A stretch of DNA of 64,000 nt, taken from Octopus sinensis. Its lineage: Eukaryota. Below, piece by piece: positions 40,510-51,419 of the stretch. Position 1 is the stretch's first letter, and every line of letters starts with the position of its first letter. The notes below the pieces were generated by a model. That model was not told where the DNA came from. It did no database searches and worked only from the letters and a program-made list of their open reading frames with translations. The position numbers were made by a program, and so were the translations under genes. The stretch lies in assembly GCF_006345805.1 (NCBI RefSeq), contig NC_043006.1:102610001-102674000 (forward strand), given 5' to 3'.

Positions 40510-41060
40510 GGTGGCTGCCCCCTCGTTATCGAGTATGGCCATTGCGCGAAGCTTAATCAATGTTGTTATCGTGCAATGCCTGTGCAAGAAGATTTTTTTT
40601 TAAGTGAGGAAAGGCTGTGCACTGAGTCAAACCCACTCACTAAGCAACAGCAGCCATAATCCGAAAAGAAGAACAAGTCAACATCATCGGTAACCAGTGA
40701 GCCGCAGGTTTTATGTCGGAGTTATCCCAGTTACCTGAGTACCTTCTACTAGAAGGATGCCCTAACAAAGGCTAGGAGTCCTTCACTCACAATGGTTTAA
40801 CCGCACGATCGGGTATTCAGTCCGATTATTTCTATGTCCCCGCGCATGATACAGCCTTAAGACATTTATTGGATGGCTGTTGACTCTCAAGTGTTCCTCC
40901 GCCTTTTGACAGGTTTTATTTTTCATCCCGCAGGGTATCCAATAAACACCCTCATCACCAAGCAAGCTTGGTGGGGTTGCCGGTTTAATCGCCGACGACC
41001 CGACCATGCAACAGGTTGTACTGGGTTACATGTTACCAGTAGCACTCGAAAGTGACCTGA
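40510..41060. repeat. GC-richer interspersed repeat of uncertain class inserted in (TACA)n
   Basis: Sharp compositional change with (TACA)n on both sides; no ORF with recognisable domain; may be a LINE 5' UTR. Confidence 0.45.
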
Positions 41061-41103
41061 CATACATACATACATACATACATACATACATACATACATA
41101 CAT

Positions 41104-41153
<50 letters not shown>

Positions 41154-41159
41154 TATATA

Positions 41160-42211
41160 TAATATAAAAATAGGACAAGAGCGCAAAACATCCAGACTTC
41201 ATACAAAAAAGGGACAACAAAGCATCCAGACAGACGATACAAAGAAAACAAGGACGGTTCATTCGGTGTTTTCTTTCTTCAGTCGAGTTCCAGATTATCT
41301 TTGCAATTTCGGCTGGCTATACTCGAGATTACTCCAATCTGGTCAGCCCCAAAGAAAAATTAAGCTAAGAGCACTAGATTCCTTGGAAGAAAGCAGCGAA
41401 TTTATACGAAAACAAGGACGGAAAAAAACGGGGAAATGGTACACAAATACAAATAACAGGACATTAACAACAGGTGCCTTTCTAATAAGGACGAATTAAA
41501 TTAAGCTGGCGTCTGTGGAAGTTAAAGCCTTACGGCAGGGACGTCAGATTTGACAGGCACAGGGAGGAATATAGATGTTGCACGGATGGTAGTCGAACCA
41601 AGAAAGAAAGGTCAGGCTTGGCCGAACACCGGCCACGCGGGGAGAGAAGAGAGAGAGGTAGAGGCAGAAGGATAGAAGAATTAAGGAGAGGCGAGAGTGA
41701 AGTGTAAGAGGAGGGAAGGTGTGCATGAAAAGAAGGCCAGGAAATGTGAGATAGGGGGAACAAAAGAACGAAGAGTGGAATGAACATAGTAAGCATGAAG
41801 GGGCTGACAAAAAGAAGGAAAGAATGAAAGAACAGAAAGAATAATAGAATCGTACAAAATTTATATATATACTTATATATAAGAGACCAAAGTGTATGTA
41901 CACTGCTATATTTTTATATATAAAAATACAAAAATGGGACAAAAACGCAAAACATCCAAACAGTTAGATGATACAAAAAGGGACAACAAAACAGCCAGAC
42001 AGACGATACAAAGAAAAGAAGGACGAGTCATTCGGAGTTTTCTTTCCTCAGTCGAGTTCCAGATTATCTTTGCAATTTCGGCTGGTTATACTCAAGATTG
42101 CTCCAATCTGGCCTGCCCCAAGGAAAAACTAAGCTAAGAGCACTTGATTCCTTAGAAGAAAGCACTGAATGTATACAAAAACAAGGCCAGAAAAAACGGA
42201 GAAATGTTATG

Positions 42212-42212
<1 letters not shown>
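41160..42212 (-). mobile_element. Non-autonomous repeat with ~285-bp direct repeats (pLTR/retrozyme-like)
   Basis: 41161-41445 and 41925-42212 are diverged direct repeats around a ~480-bp non-coding core; each has a degenerate CTGANGA..GAAT..GTC motif on the minus strand. Confidence 0.6.
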
Positions 42213-42274
<62 letters not shown>

Positions 42275-42454
42275 GCAACAACAACATATGTAAACAAAGT
42301 TTTATTTTGTTTTTAGAAGCGTCGAATGTGTATCTCATTATACAAACAAGTGTAGCCATAAAGATACCGGAAAGAGTGGGTATTATTACCCTTACAAGTC
42401 GGGGGATAAGTACAATACGATATATATATATATATATATATTCAAATTATTACA

Positions 42455-43000
42455 TTATATAAAAGGGCTTAGTAAAATAAATTACTTTGCCACATACTGA
42501 ACTCATTAGAAATAGCAGCTAAAAAAAATTTTTTAAAACTATTTCTAATACTTAAAGAAAATCTCTCTCATATAGTGTTTGCTCAAGTCAACTCACGAAG
42601 GTATGGGGGTGAAAACATTAAAAAAATCACAAATGCAAAGGTTATTTGAGAACGTACGTTTCTAGATTAGTCAAATCGACATTTCTTTCGTCAGCTCAGA
42701 ACTCCTTGATTTGGATTTGGGAACACTGAAAGTGGGAGCATACCCTTTTGGCTTCTTATCACTTCCGGAGATTTGCTCAAACTACCAGTGCTATCAAATT
42801 CAAAATATGCAAGCGAAGAATTTCTGCTCTCCCCTTTCCACCAGCGTGGGTTAAAATTGATAAACACTATGTTTTATCGGTAAAAACCGAAGCATTAAAT
42901 AGAGAGAAATGAATTATAATTTCAACAATTGAGGGTAAAATTAATTAATTATTAATCAATTTTACCAAGTAATTTATTTTACTAAGCCCTTTTATATAAT
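42455..43000. mobile_element. ~545-bp element with ~34-bp inverted ends, embedded in (TA)n
   Basis: ATTATATAAAAGGGCTTAGTAAAATAAATTACTT at left and its near-perfect reverse complement at 42967-43000. Confidence 0.65.
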
Positions 43001-43923
43001 TGTTGAAATTATATATATATATATATATATAAGTGCATGTGTGTGTGTGTGTGTACATATATACGTGCACACATACACACACACGTGAATTAGAAGCGCT
43101 AAATAACGATTAGTACAAATATAAACTTGTTACCATTTCACGTAAGCTTACAGCATTTTCAAAGCCGTAAGACTGTCTTTCAGTATATTGTGTCGAAAAG
43201 TTCTCGCTGACGACAGATAAGTGTACATATGAGGGTAATGAAAAGGTTGACAGTGATTTCGAAATATCGACGATCATTGGCTTTGCCAGGCAGTCTAACG
43301 AAACTTCGAGGTCACTGTTAATCTATTCATTGCAAAAGTTAATCTGATACTCTATTTCAATGCATTTAATCTTTGCTTAAAATAAAATTTTGTGATATCA
43401 GTGAAATACTTACATTTTATTATTCTGAAAAATATTCGCTTCGCCCATTTTATGTCTCTGCAAATTCATTTCGTTTACGTTTATTGCATTTAAGTAAGAA
43501 TATATTGAAGTTTAAGAGATTAAAAGTCGAGCTCTTAACTTCAGTGGATATAAATGTAACTACACTTGGAATGTTGGCGATTTTTTTCCTCCTCCTTCCT
43601 TTTCTTTGAACTTTCCTATGTTTCTTGTTTCCGAAGAAGAGCTATGCTCAAAACATAAACCAACAACTCTTTTCCTTCTCTGAGCGTTTTATCAATGTGC
43701 TACAACCATATGTTTTTCTTGTCACCTTTTTCTCCGTTTTGAATTAACAATAATAATAATAATTATATATACATATAGTGCTTAAGCGCCAAGTCAATAC
43801 ATACATACATACATACATACATACATACATACATACATACATACATACATACATACATACATGCATGCATATATACATACATAATACATACTTACATGCA
43901 TACATATATGCATGCATACATTC

Positions 43924-44074
43924 GTGGCTGTGTGGTTGCTTCCCAACCACATGGTTCCGAGTTCATTCCCACTGCATGGTACGTTCGGCAAGTGACATTC
44001 TACTATAGCTTCGGGATGACCAAAGCCTTCTGAATGGATTTGGTAGACGGAAACTGTTAGAAAGAAGCTCGTCG

Positions 44075-44106
<32 letters not shown>

Positions 44107-44590
44107 TGTATGTATGTATGTATGTATGTATGTATGTATGTATGTGTGTGTGTATGTATGTATGTATGTATGTATGTATGTATGTATGTATGTGTGTGTG
44201 TATGTATGTATGTATTTATGTATGTATGTATGTATGTGTGTGTGTATGTATGTATGTATGTATGATGTATTGTGTGTGTATGTATGTATGTATGTATGTA
44301 TGTATGTATGTATGTATGTATGTATGTATGTATGTATCTATTTATCTATCTATCAATCAATGTATGTATGTGTTTGTGTGTGTTTGTGTCTGTGTATGCT
44401 CTCCCGCACTGCTTAACAACCGCTGTTAGTGTGTTTATACCGCTGTAAACTGGCGGTTCGGTAAAAGAGACCGATAGGATAAATACCAGGCTTAATCAAA
44501 GAAGTATTGGGGTCGATTCATTCGACTAAAAATTCTTCAACCTGGTACCGCAACTTGATCGGTGTCACACGACTGAAACAAGTAGCCGAT
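43924..44590 (+). mobile_element. CORE-type SINE with ~320-bp internal (TATG)n
   Basis: Head GTGGCTGTGTGG..GAGTTCATTCCCACTG; tail from ~44400 to GAAACAAGTAG. Confidence 0.75.
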
Positions 44591-44609
44591 AATATATATA
44601 TATTATATA

Positions 44610-44664
<55 letters not shown>

Positions 44665-44722
44665 TTACCAAGATGTACTCGCATAGCAAGTAATTTGATC
44701 TGAGATCGTGTGCTGAAACAAA

Positions 44723-44966
44723 AACAATTGCAGCGTGGAAGGTGTTTGTAAGCCATTTAAGAAACACACAAAGCCGTTCGATTCAAAATATTCGTCGCTA
44801 AAATCCGCGACCTGTTCACTGACAAAATCCGGATTTTTGTCAGTGAACAGTCGCGGATTTTAGCGACGAAAATATTTTGACAAATTAAACTTAAATGTTG
44901 AAGTGAATCGAACGGCTTTTGTGTGTTTCTTAAATGGCTTACAAACACCTTCACGCTGCAATTGTT
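44723..44966. repeat. ~245-bp imperfect palindrome
   Basis: Outer arms 44723-44785 / 44904-44966; inner arms centred at AAAATCC|GGATTTT (44830/44831). Confidence 0.92.
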
Positions 44967-45134
44967 CATATATATATATTATATATATATATATATAATA
45001 AATCTATGAACGAGGTATGGTTAGCCATTGAGATGGTTAGCCATATTGAGATGGCAAATATACCTCACATTATATATATATACTTTATTAAAGCAGCAGA
45101 AAATTCAACAAAACCTGTTACTCTGAGTTTCGCG

Positions 45135-45186
45135 TTGCCGTTCGTCGGACAGTTTTTGCTAGCAAAAACTGTCCGATGAACGGCAA
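45135..45186. repeat. 52-bp palindrome overlapping a hammerhead-like motif
   Basis: TTGCCGTTCGTCGGACAGTTTTTGCT|AGCAAAAACTGTCCGATGAACGGCAA, 1 mismatch; minus strand 45152-45114 reads CTGT-CCGACGA-ACG-GCAA-CGC-GAAA-CTCAGAG-TA-ACAGG. Confidence 0.9.
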
Positions 45187-45349
45187 TAAGTAACAGATAA
45201 GCTATAAATACACCACGCTTCTTCCAGTTCCATCTCTCTCTCTCTCTCTCCTCTCTCTCTCCTCGTATATATATTATATCTATATATATAATATATATAT
45301 ATATATATTCATATATACATATATATAACATATATATATATATATAACG

Positions 45350-45381
<32 letters not shown>

Positions 45382-45391
45382 ATATTATATT

Positions 45392-45423
<32 letters not shown>

Positions 45424-45602
45424 TTATATATATATATCCATATATACCGGAGTAAACACATAAATGTGAAACAGGTGGGAAAAGAGTACTCAAATACCAG
45501 TGGTAGAGTAATATGCTTTAATAAGCATATTACTCTACCACTGGTATTTGAGTACTCTTTTTCCCCCTTGTTTCACATTTATGTGTTTACTCCGGTATAT
45601 AT

Positions 45603-45653
<51 letters not shown>

Positions 45654-45780
45654 ATATATATAACATATATATATATATATATATTATATAACGTTATATA
45701 TATATATATATATGTTATATTATATGTATATATGATATATATATATATATATATAATATATATAGATATATATAATATAT

Positions 45781-45838
<58 letters not shown>

Positions 45839-45883
45839 AACTGGAAGAAGCGTGGTGTATTTATAGCTTATCTGTTACTTATT
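45185..45883. repeat. ~700-bp fold-back palindrome
   Basis: Unique outer arms, (CT)n/(AG)n, (TA)n spacers and ~85-bp inner arms mirrored about the loop TAAT at 45519-45522. Confidence 0.92.
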
Positions 45884-46346
45884 TCAGGGGGAACAACATG
45901 AAGGGTTACAGTAAGATCTATGATGGCTGAATCCGGGATGCATAAAGTTCCAGCGGTAATCCAGGCGGAGAGGTTGTAAAGAGGTTCTGTAGTGGTGAAT
46001 AAAGCCCAAGAAGTAGGTCGGAAGAGAGATGAGAGTCCGAGGAGAAGGTTCAAGTAGGCTGCATCAAACTAGACTGACCACATGAACGTATATTACATAT
46101 GGTTAAAAATATAGAAAAATATGTAAAAAATCCCTTAAAATCACAGACTAGCAAAAGAACGACAAAGTGTATTAGTTTCAAATATTGTGACATAACTTAT
46201 GGTCGAGTAAGGGATAACGTTGTACCATGTTATTTACATGCTAGAAAACAACAAAAAGTTTCATTTTGTAAACGTGCTGCCGTACGTCTGCCTGAACGGG
46301 CATCTTTCTCATACAGAGTTATTTCATTGCATTAATAATCCTTAAT

Positions 46347-46686
46347 AAGGCGGTGAGTTGGCAGAACCGTTAGTATGACAGGCAAAATACTTAACGGCAT
46401 TTTATTAGTCTTTACGTTCTTAGTTCAAATTCTCGCAGTACGAACGACTAGCCTCCGCGCGACGGGTCCCCCACGAGTCCGCCCTATCAACTGTCGACGG
46501 CCCGGTAAGTGCCGACCGTGATGTCAACGGGTAACGGGGGAATCAGGGTTCGATTCCGGAGAAGAAGTATGCTTTACCTTTCATCCTTTCGAGGTCGATA
46601 AAATATGTAGTTGGTTACTGGGGTCGATATAGTCGATTATCCCACTCCCCCAAATCTCAGAACTTGTGTCTATAGTAGAAATAAGC

Positions 46687-46690
<4 letters not shown>
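46347..46690 (+). mobile_element. Meta-type SINE interrupted by an 18S rRNA fragment
   Basis: Head AAGGCGGTGAGTTGGCAGAA..TAGTTCAAATTC (to 46432); resumes CTTTACCTTTCATCCTTTCGAGGTCGAT at ~46572; tail and (CAA)n follow. Confidence 0.85.
46433..46563 (+). pseudogene. 18S rRNA fragment
   Basis: Conserved SSU motifs GCCCTATCAACTGTCGACGG and AACGGGTAACGGGGGAATCAGGGTTCGATTCCGGAGA; the 5' ~45 nt are assigned by continuity only. Confidence 0.9.
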
Positions 46691-46730
<40 letters not shown>

Positions 46731-46955
46731 AACGAACTAGAAAATGAGCGGTTTGAGTGAGAAGAGTTAGTAACACTATCAACCAGAGTATTTCACTTGT
46801 ACTTTATCTTATTGTCTTTGAGGAGATAAAAGGTTAAGTGGATCTTGGAGGGATTTGAAACCAGAACGCAAAGAACCGGAAAAAATCCCACTAAACATTC
46901 CCCACCTCCGATTCTATCACCTTACCACCAATCCAAAATCGCGTTTAATCTCTCT

Positions 46956-48280
46956 CTACCCGCCCAGTCGAGGTCGACTCTCGGTCACTCGTTGGATCAG
47001 TGTCCTCCAGTCAGTTTTATCCTGGGCCACTTCGTTCAGATAGGCTATGTCTATTCTGGTATCCCTCTTGATGGTGTCAAGCCAGCGGGTTCTTGGTCGG
47101 CCTCTTCCTCTCTTGCCACTGACCATTCCGAGCATGATGTCCTTCTCCAAGGATTTTCTCCGCATAATACGACCGAAATATGCCAATCTATGCTTGGTGA
47201 TCCTAGCTTCTAGCGACATTTTCGGCCTTATCTGCTTAAGAACTTCTCCATTGGTGAGCCTCGCTGTCCATGGAATCCATAAAAGTCTTCTCCAACACCA
47301 AAGCTCGAATGCATTAATTCTCTTCTGGTCAGCTTTCTTTAGTGTCCAGGTCTCGCATCCATATGTTGCTATTGGGAAGACAATTGCATTCACCAATCTG
47401 CATTTGGTAGCAAGTCTGATGTCTCTACTCTTCCAGACCCTGCTCATGCTGACCATTGCCTCTCTGCCTAGTACTATCCGCCGTCTTATTTCTGGAGTGC
47501 AGTCCCCATCTCGATTTATTTTGGAGCCAAAGAAGATGAAATCATCAACCACTTCGATCTCTTCATTATCGATCTTGATGCTGATGTTTGTTGTGGCTGC
47601 TGTTGATATGATCTTCGTTTTCTTAACATTGAGGTACAGCCCAAATTTCTCACTCTCTTCCTTGACCAGCAGGACAAGATCCTCCAGATCCTTACCACTC
47701 TCCGCCAGCAGGTTTGTATCATCTGCATAGCGAAGGTTATTAATATTTCTTCCTCCAATCCTCACTCCAAGGCTGCTATCCTCCAGGCCTGCATTCCTCA
47801 TGACCTTTTCAGCGTACATGTTGAAGGCTGCTGGTGACAGGATGCAACGTTGCCGAGTGCCTTTTCCAATCTCAAACCAATCAGTGTCGCCATATGGTGT
47901 CCGTACTGTAGCCTCTTGGTTTTGATTGAGTGATCTAATAAGGTGTAAAGGTGTTCCCATTTCCTCCAGACATTTCCATAACTTGTCATGGTCAATGCTG
48001 TCAAAGGCTTTGGAGTAATCGATGAAGCACATGTACAGCTTCTTTTGGTATTCTCTTGCCTCTTCCATAATCCACCGTAGGTTGGCGATGTGACCGTGGC
48101 TGCCTCTTCCCTTTCTGAAACCAGCTTGCACCTCTGGCAATTCTCTCTCAATAGTTGTGTTCAGGCGCTTCTGGATGATTTTAAGGAGAATTTTGCTTAC
48201 ATGGGAGATCAGGGTGATGGTGCGGTAGTTTGCGCAGTCCTTGGTATCTCTTTTCTTTGGTATTGGGATGAAAGATGACC
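46956..48280 (-). CDS. RTE reverse transcriptase (partial, open frame)
   Basis: NYRTITLISHVSKILLKII, QAGFRKGR, FIDYSKAFDSIDH, RQRCILSP, LRYADD, YGCETWTL, RGRGRPRTRWLD. Confidence 0.93.
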
Positions 48281-48816
48281 AGAAGCAGGGATGAAGTGCG
48301 GTGCCTGAATGCAATGTTCCAACAGGCCGCCAGGAAGGACAAAAGAGAAATACTGGAATGAGGAATGTGCAAAGGCAGAGGAGGCATACAGGAAAGGGAA
48401 CATGAGAGAACTTTACCAACATGTAAAGAAGACCCGTACAGCATTCATGGCCAGACAAGCAACCATCCGAGGGTGAAATGGTGAAGAACTGCATGACCAA
48501 GAAGGGATCAGCAAAAGATGGAAAGAATACACTGAAAAGTTGTATGCAGGGAAGAACCTTGATGAACAGGCAGAAGAACTGGAACTGGAACTGGAGCCAG
48601 ACATTCTGGAGGATGAGGTGGTATGGGCAATGAAACAGCTGGCCAACCGGAAAGCCCCAGGTACTGATGGTATTCCACTAGAATTACTCAAGCCGATACC
48701 AACAAAAACACTAACATCGCTTTGCCAACGAATATGGAGAACCTGTAAGTGGCCAAGAGAATGGAAGAGGTCAGTTTTCATCCCAATACCAAAGAAAAGA
48801 AATACCAAGGACTGCG
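48281..48816 (+). pseudogene. RTE pre-RT region in inverted orientation
   Basis: FQQAARKDK, KRWKEYTEKLY, EPDILEDEVVWAMKQL..KAPGTDGIPLELLK..WPREWKRSVFIPIPKKRNTKDC. Confidence 0.9.
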
Positions 48817-49159
48817 TTTAATCTATTTACTATTTATTTAGTGGAAAAAATACTTAAAGTTACTTATATGTATTTCAGTCTTCATTGATATTATCAGTTA
48901 AGATTGAGTTTTAATTATTTATAGTGTTGGTTATAACTGAAACCAACAAAAAAGGCTTATGATGGGAGAAAAAATTCCTTAAAGAGAATTCCGTCTCTCT
49001 CCAACTTGAGAAATTCTGTGAATATATATACGATTTTTTTCTTTACCTTTCATCCTTTCGGGGTCGATAAAATAAGTACTAGTCGAGAACTGTGGAGATA
49101 TAATCGACTTATCCCATTTTCTGAAATTGCTGACCTTGTGCTAAAATTTGAGAGTATTA

Positions 49160-49200
49160 TTATTAGTAGTATAATAATAATAATATAATAATAATAATAT

Positions 49201-49265
<65 letters not shown>

Positions 49266-49945
49266 TAATAATAATATTAATAATAATAATAATAAGTTGG
49301 CCAATATCTCCACTGGCTAATAAGTCGGCATTACAATATCAAAACTGCCGACAAGTGGTATAATCACCACCCTGAGGCTGTAACTGAAGGAGAAAATGTA
49401 ACCATTCTGTGGGACTTTCCAGTACATACAGACCGAACCATCAAGGCCAATAAACCAGATATTGTTGTGAAAGACCAAAACAATAAAGTTTGCTTATTGA
49501 TCGACATGAGCATCCCCTGTGATCATAATATCTCAGCGAAAGAATTTGACAAGCTCAGAAAATATAAAGACCTACTCATTGAAATTGAGAAAATGTGGCA
49601 TCTCAAGGCGGTTACAATACCAGTGATCGTAGGAGCACTAGGAATGATCAAGAAGGGAACCGAAAATTATATGAGAATGATCCCTGGCTTACCATCCCTG
49701 CAAGAAGTGCAAAAGATTGTCTTAACTGGTACATCACACGTATTGGAAAGAGCATTGTCGATGTGAGAACTGTTGCTGCTCATGTATTTTAATTTAACTT
49801 TAAAAAAAAAAAAAAAAATGAACGAACTACTGAGTTTGGTTTAATGGCCTACCAATATACACTATGAGTTTCTTTGCCCTAGGAGTCGGGAAGACACTCG
49901 GTAAGAAATGGAAGAAAATTGAAAGAAGAAAAAAAAAGTAATAAC

Positions 49946-49977
<32 letters not shown>

Positions 49978-50009
49978 TATTGATAATAATAATAATAATA
50001 ATAATAATG

Positions 50010-50068
<59 letters not shown>
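49160..50068. repeat. (TAA)n array split by the Dong/R4-type element
   Basis: (TAA)n at ~49160-49295 and ~49939-50068. Confidence 0.93.
49296..49938 (+). mobile_element. Dong/R4-clade LINE 3' fragment (restriction-like endonuclease)
   Basis: Open frame 49296-49766: VGQYLHWLISRHY..KWYNHHPEAV..ILWDFPVHTDRTIKANKPDIVV..LIDMSIPCD..KLRKYKDL..IPVIVGALG..LQEVQKIVLTGTSHVL; then 3' UTR. Confidence 0.88.
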
Positions 50069-50069
<1 letters not shown>

Positions 50070-50285
50070 TTTTCAAATTTTGGCACAAGGCCAGCAATTT
50101 CTGCGGAGGGGTTAAGTCGATTATACCGACCCCAGGATTCAACTGGTTCTTATTTTATCGACCCCGGAAAGATGAAAGGCAAAGTTGACCTCGGTGGCAT
50201 TTGAACCCAGAATGTAAAGACGGACAAAATGCCGCTATGCATTTTGTCCGGTGCGGTAACGATTCTGCCAGCTCACCGCCTTAGG
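50070..50285 (-). mobile_element. Meta-type SINE
   Basis: Reverse complement from head AAGGCGGTGAGCTGGCAGAATCG through the Meta domain to the tail. Confidence 0.8.
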
Positions 50286-50297
50286 TAATAATAATGA

Positions 50298-50335
<38 letters not shown>

Positions 50336-50501
50336 ATAATAATAATAATAACAATAATGATAATAATAATAATAATGAACTTCCAACCTGTTGTCTCTTC
50401 AGGTCTCCGGGTGAGACTTGGAGCCAACTTGTACAAATATAACGCAAAAGTCAAACATATAATAATAATAATATAATAATAATAATAATAATATAATAAT
50501 A

Positions 50502-50538
<37 letters not shown>

Positions 50539-50912
50539 TAGTTGTAGTAGTAGTAATAAGAGTAATATATTTTCTATGTATTCATTTGTATGTTTAAAAG
50601 CGTACATTCTTGTTTGAGTACTTGATGATTATCTCATGATTAATTATGAAAGTTGGTGGAATTTATGTTTCACCGAGGAGGACTAAGACCGAAACGTCAA
50701 TGATATATTGACTATTTAGTTACAACATCTAATATGTAAAGAGATGTAGTTAAAAGAGGAAACAGGGTATTTCAGCCAATATTCTGTTGTTTCTTTTACT
50801 TTAATAATGGCAACTGAATGAATAAATGGTTCGGTTGAACACACAGTGATTATATATTTGAGACTTGGTAAATAGAAGAGTAGTGAAGTAATGATTACCA
50901 AACACGTAAATA

Positions 50913-51295
50913 TGGAAGCACTCCGTCGGTTACGACGATGAGGGTTCCGGTTGATCCGAATCAACGGAACAGCCTGCTCGTGAAATTAACGTGTAAGTGG
51001 CTGAGCACTCCACAGACACGTGTACCCTTAACGTAGTTCTCGGGGATATTCAGCGTGACACAGAGAGGGACAAGCTGGCCCCTTGAAATACAGGTACAAC
51101 AGAAACAGGAAGTAAGAGTGAGAGAAAGTTGTGGTGAAAGAGTACAGCAGGGATCACCACCATCCCCTGCCGGAGTCTCGTGGAGCTTTTAGGTGTTTTC
51201 GCTCAATAAACACTCACAACGCCCGGTCTGGGAATCGAAACCGCGATCCTATGACCGCGAGTCCGCTGCCCTAACCACTGGGCCATTGCACCTCC
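50913..51295 (-). mobile_element. Full-length tRNA(Arg)-like SINE
   Basis: Near-identical to 28892-29277; TSD ACA(C/T)GTAAATA at 50902-50912 and 51299-51309. Confidence 0.9.
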
Positions 51296-51419
51296 CGTAC
51301 ATGTAAATATATGCCCGTTATGAACAAACATAATATATAGCTGATATATTCTCACATTGACTCACGCATGCATTCGTATATCTGGTATACTCCATCAATC
51401 GCACTGATACACACGGACA

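Larger units (their letters stand above)
46952..48816 (-). mobile_element. RTE-clade LINE, 5'-truncated, with inverted 5' segment
   Basis: Sense part 48280 to 46952 on minus; inverted upstream part 48281-48816 on plus; TSD GCGTTTAATCT at 46941-46951 and 48814-48824; short (AG)n tail. Confidence 0.93.

Noticed and set aside
47047-47730. 227-aa plus-strand ORF
   Set aside because: Antisense shadow of the RTE reverse transcriptase.
46956-48500. 514-aa ORF as one protein
   Set aside because: The N-terminal ~73 codons are the antisense read of the inverted 5' segment; the real RT frame begins at ~48280.
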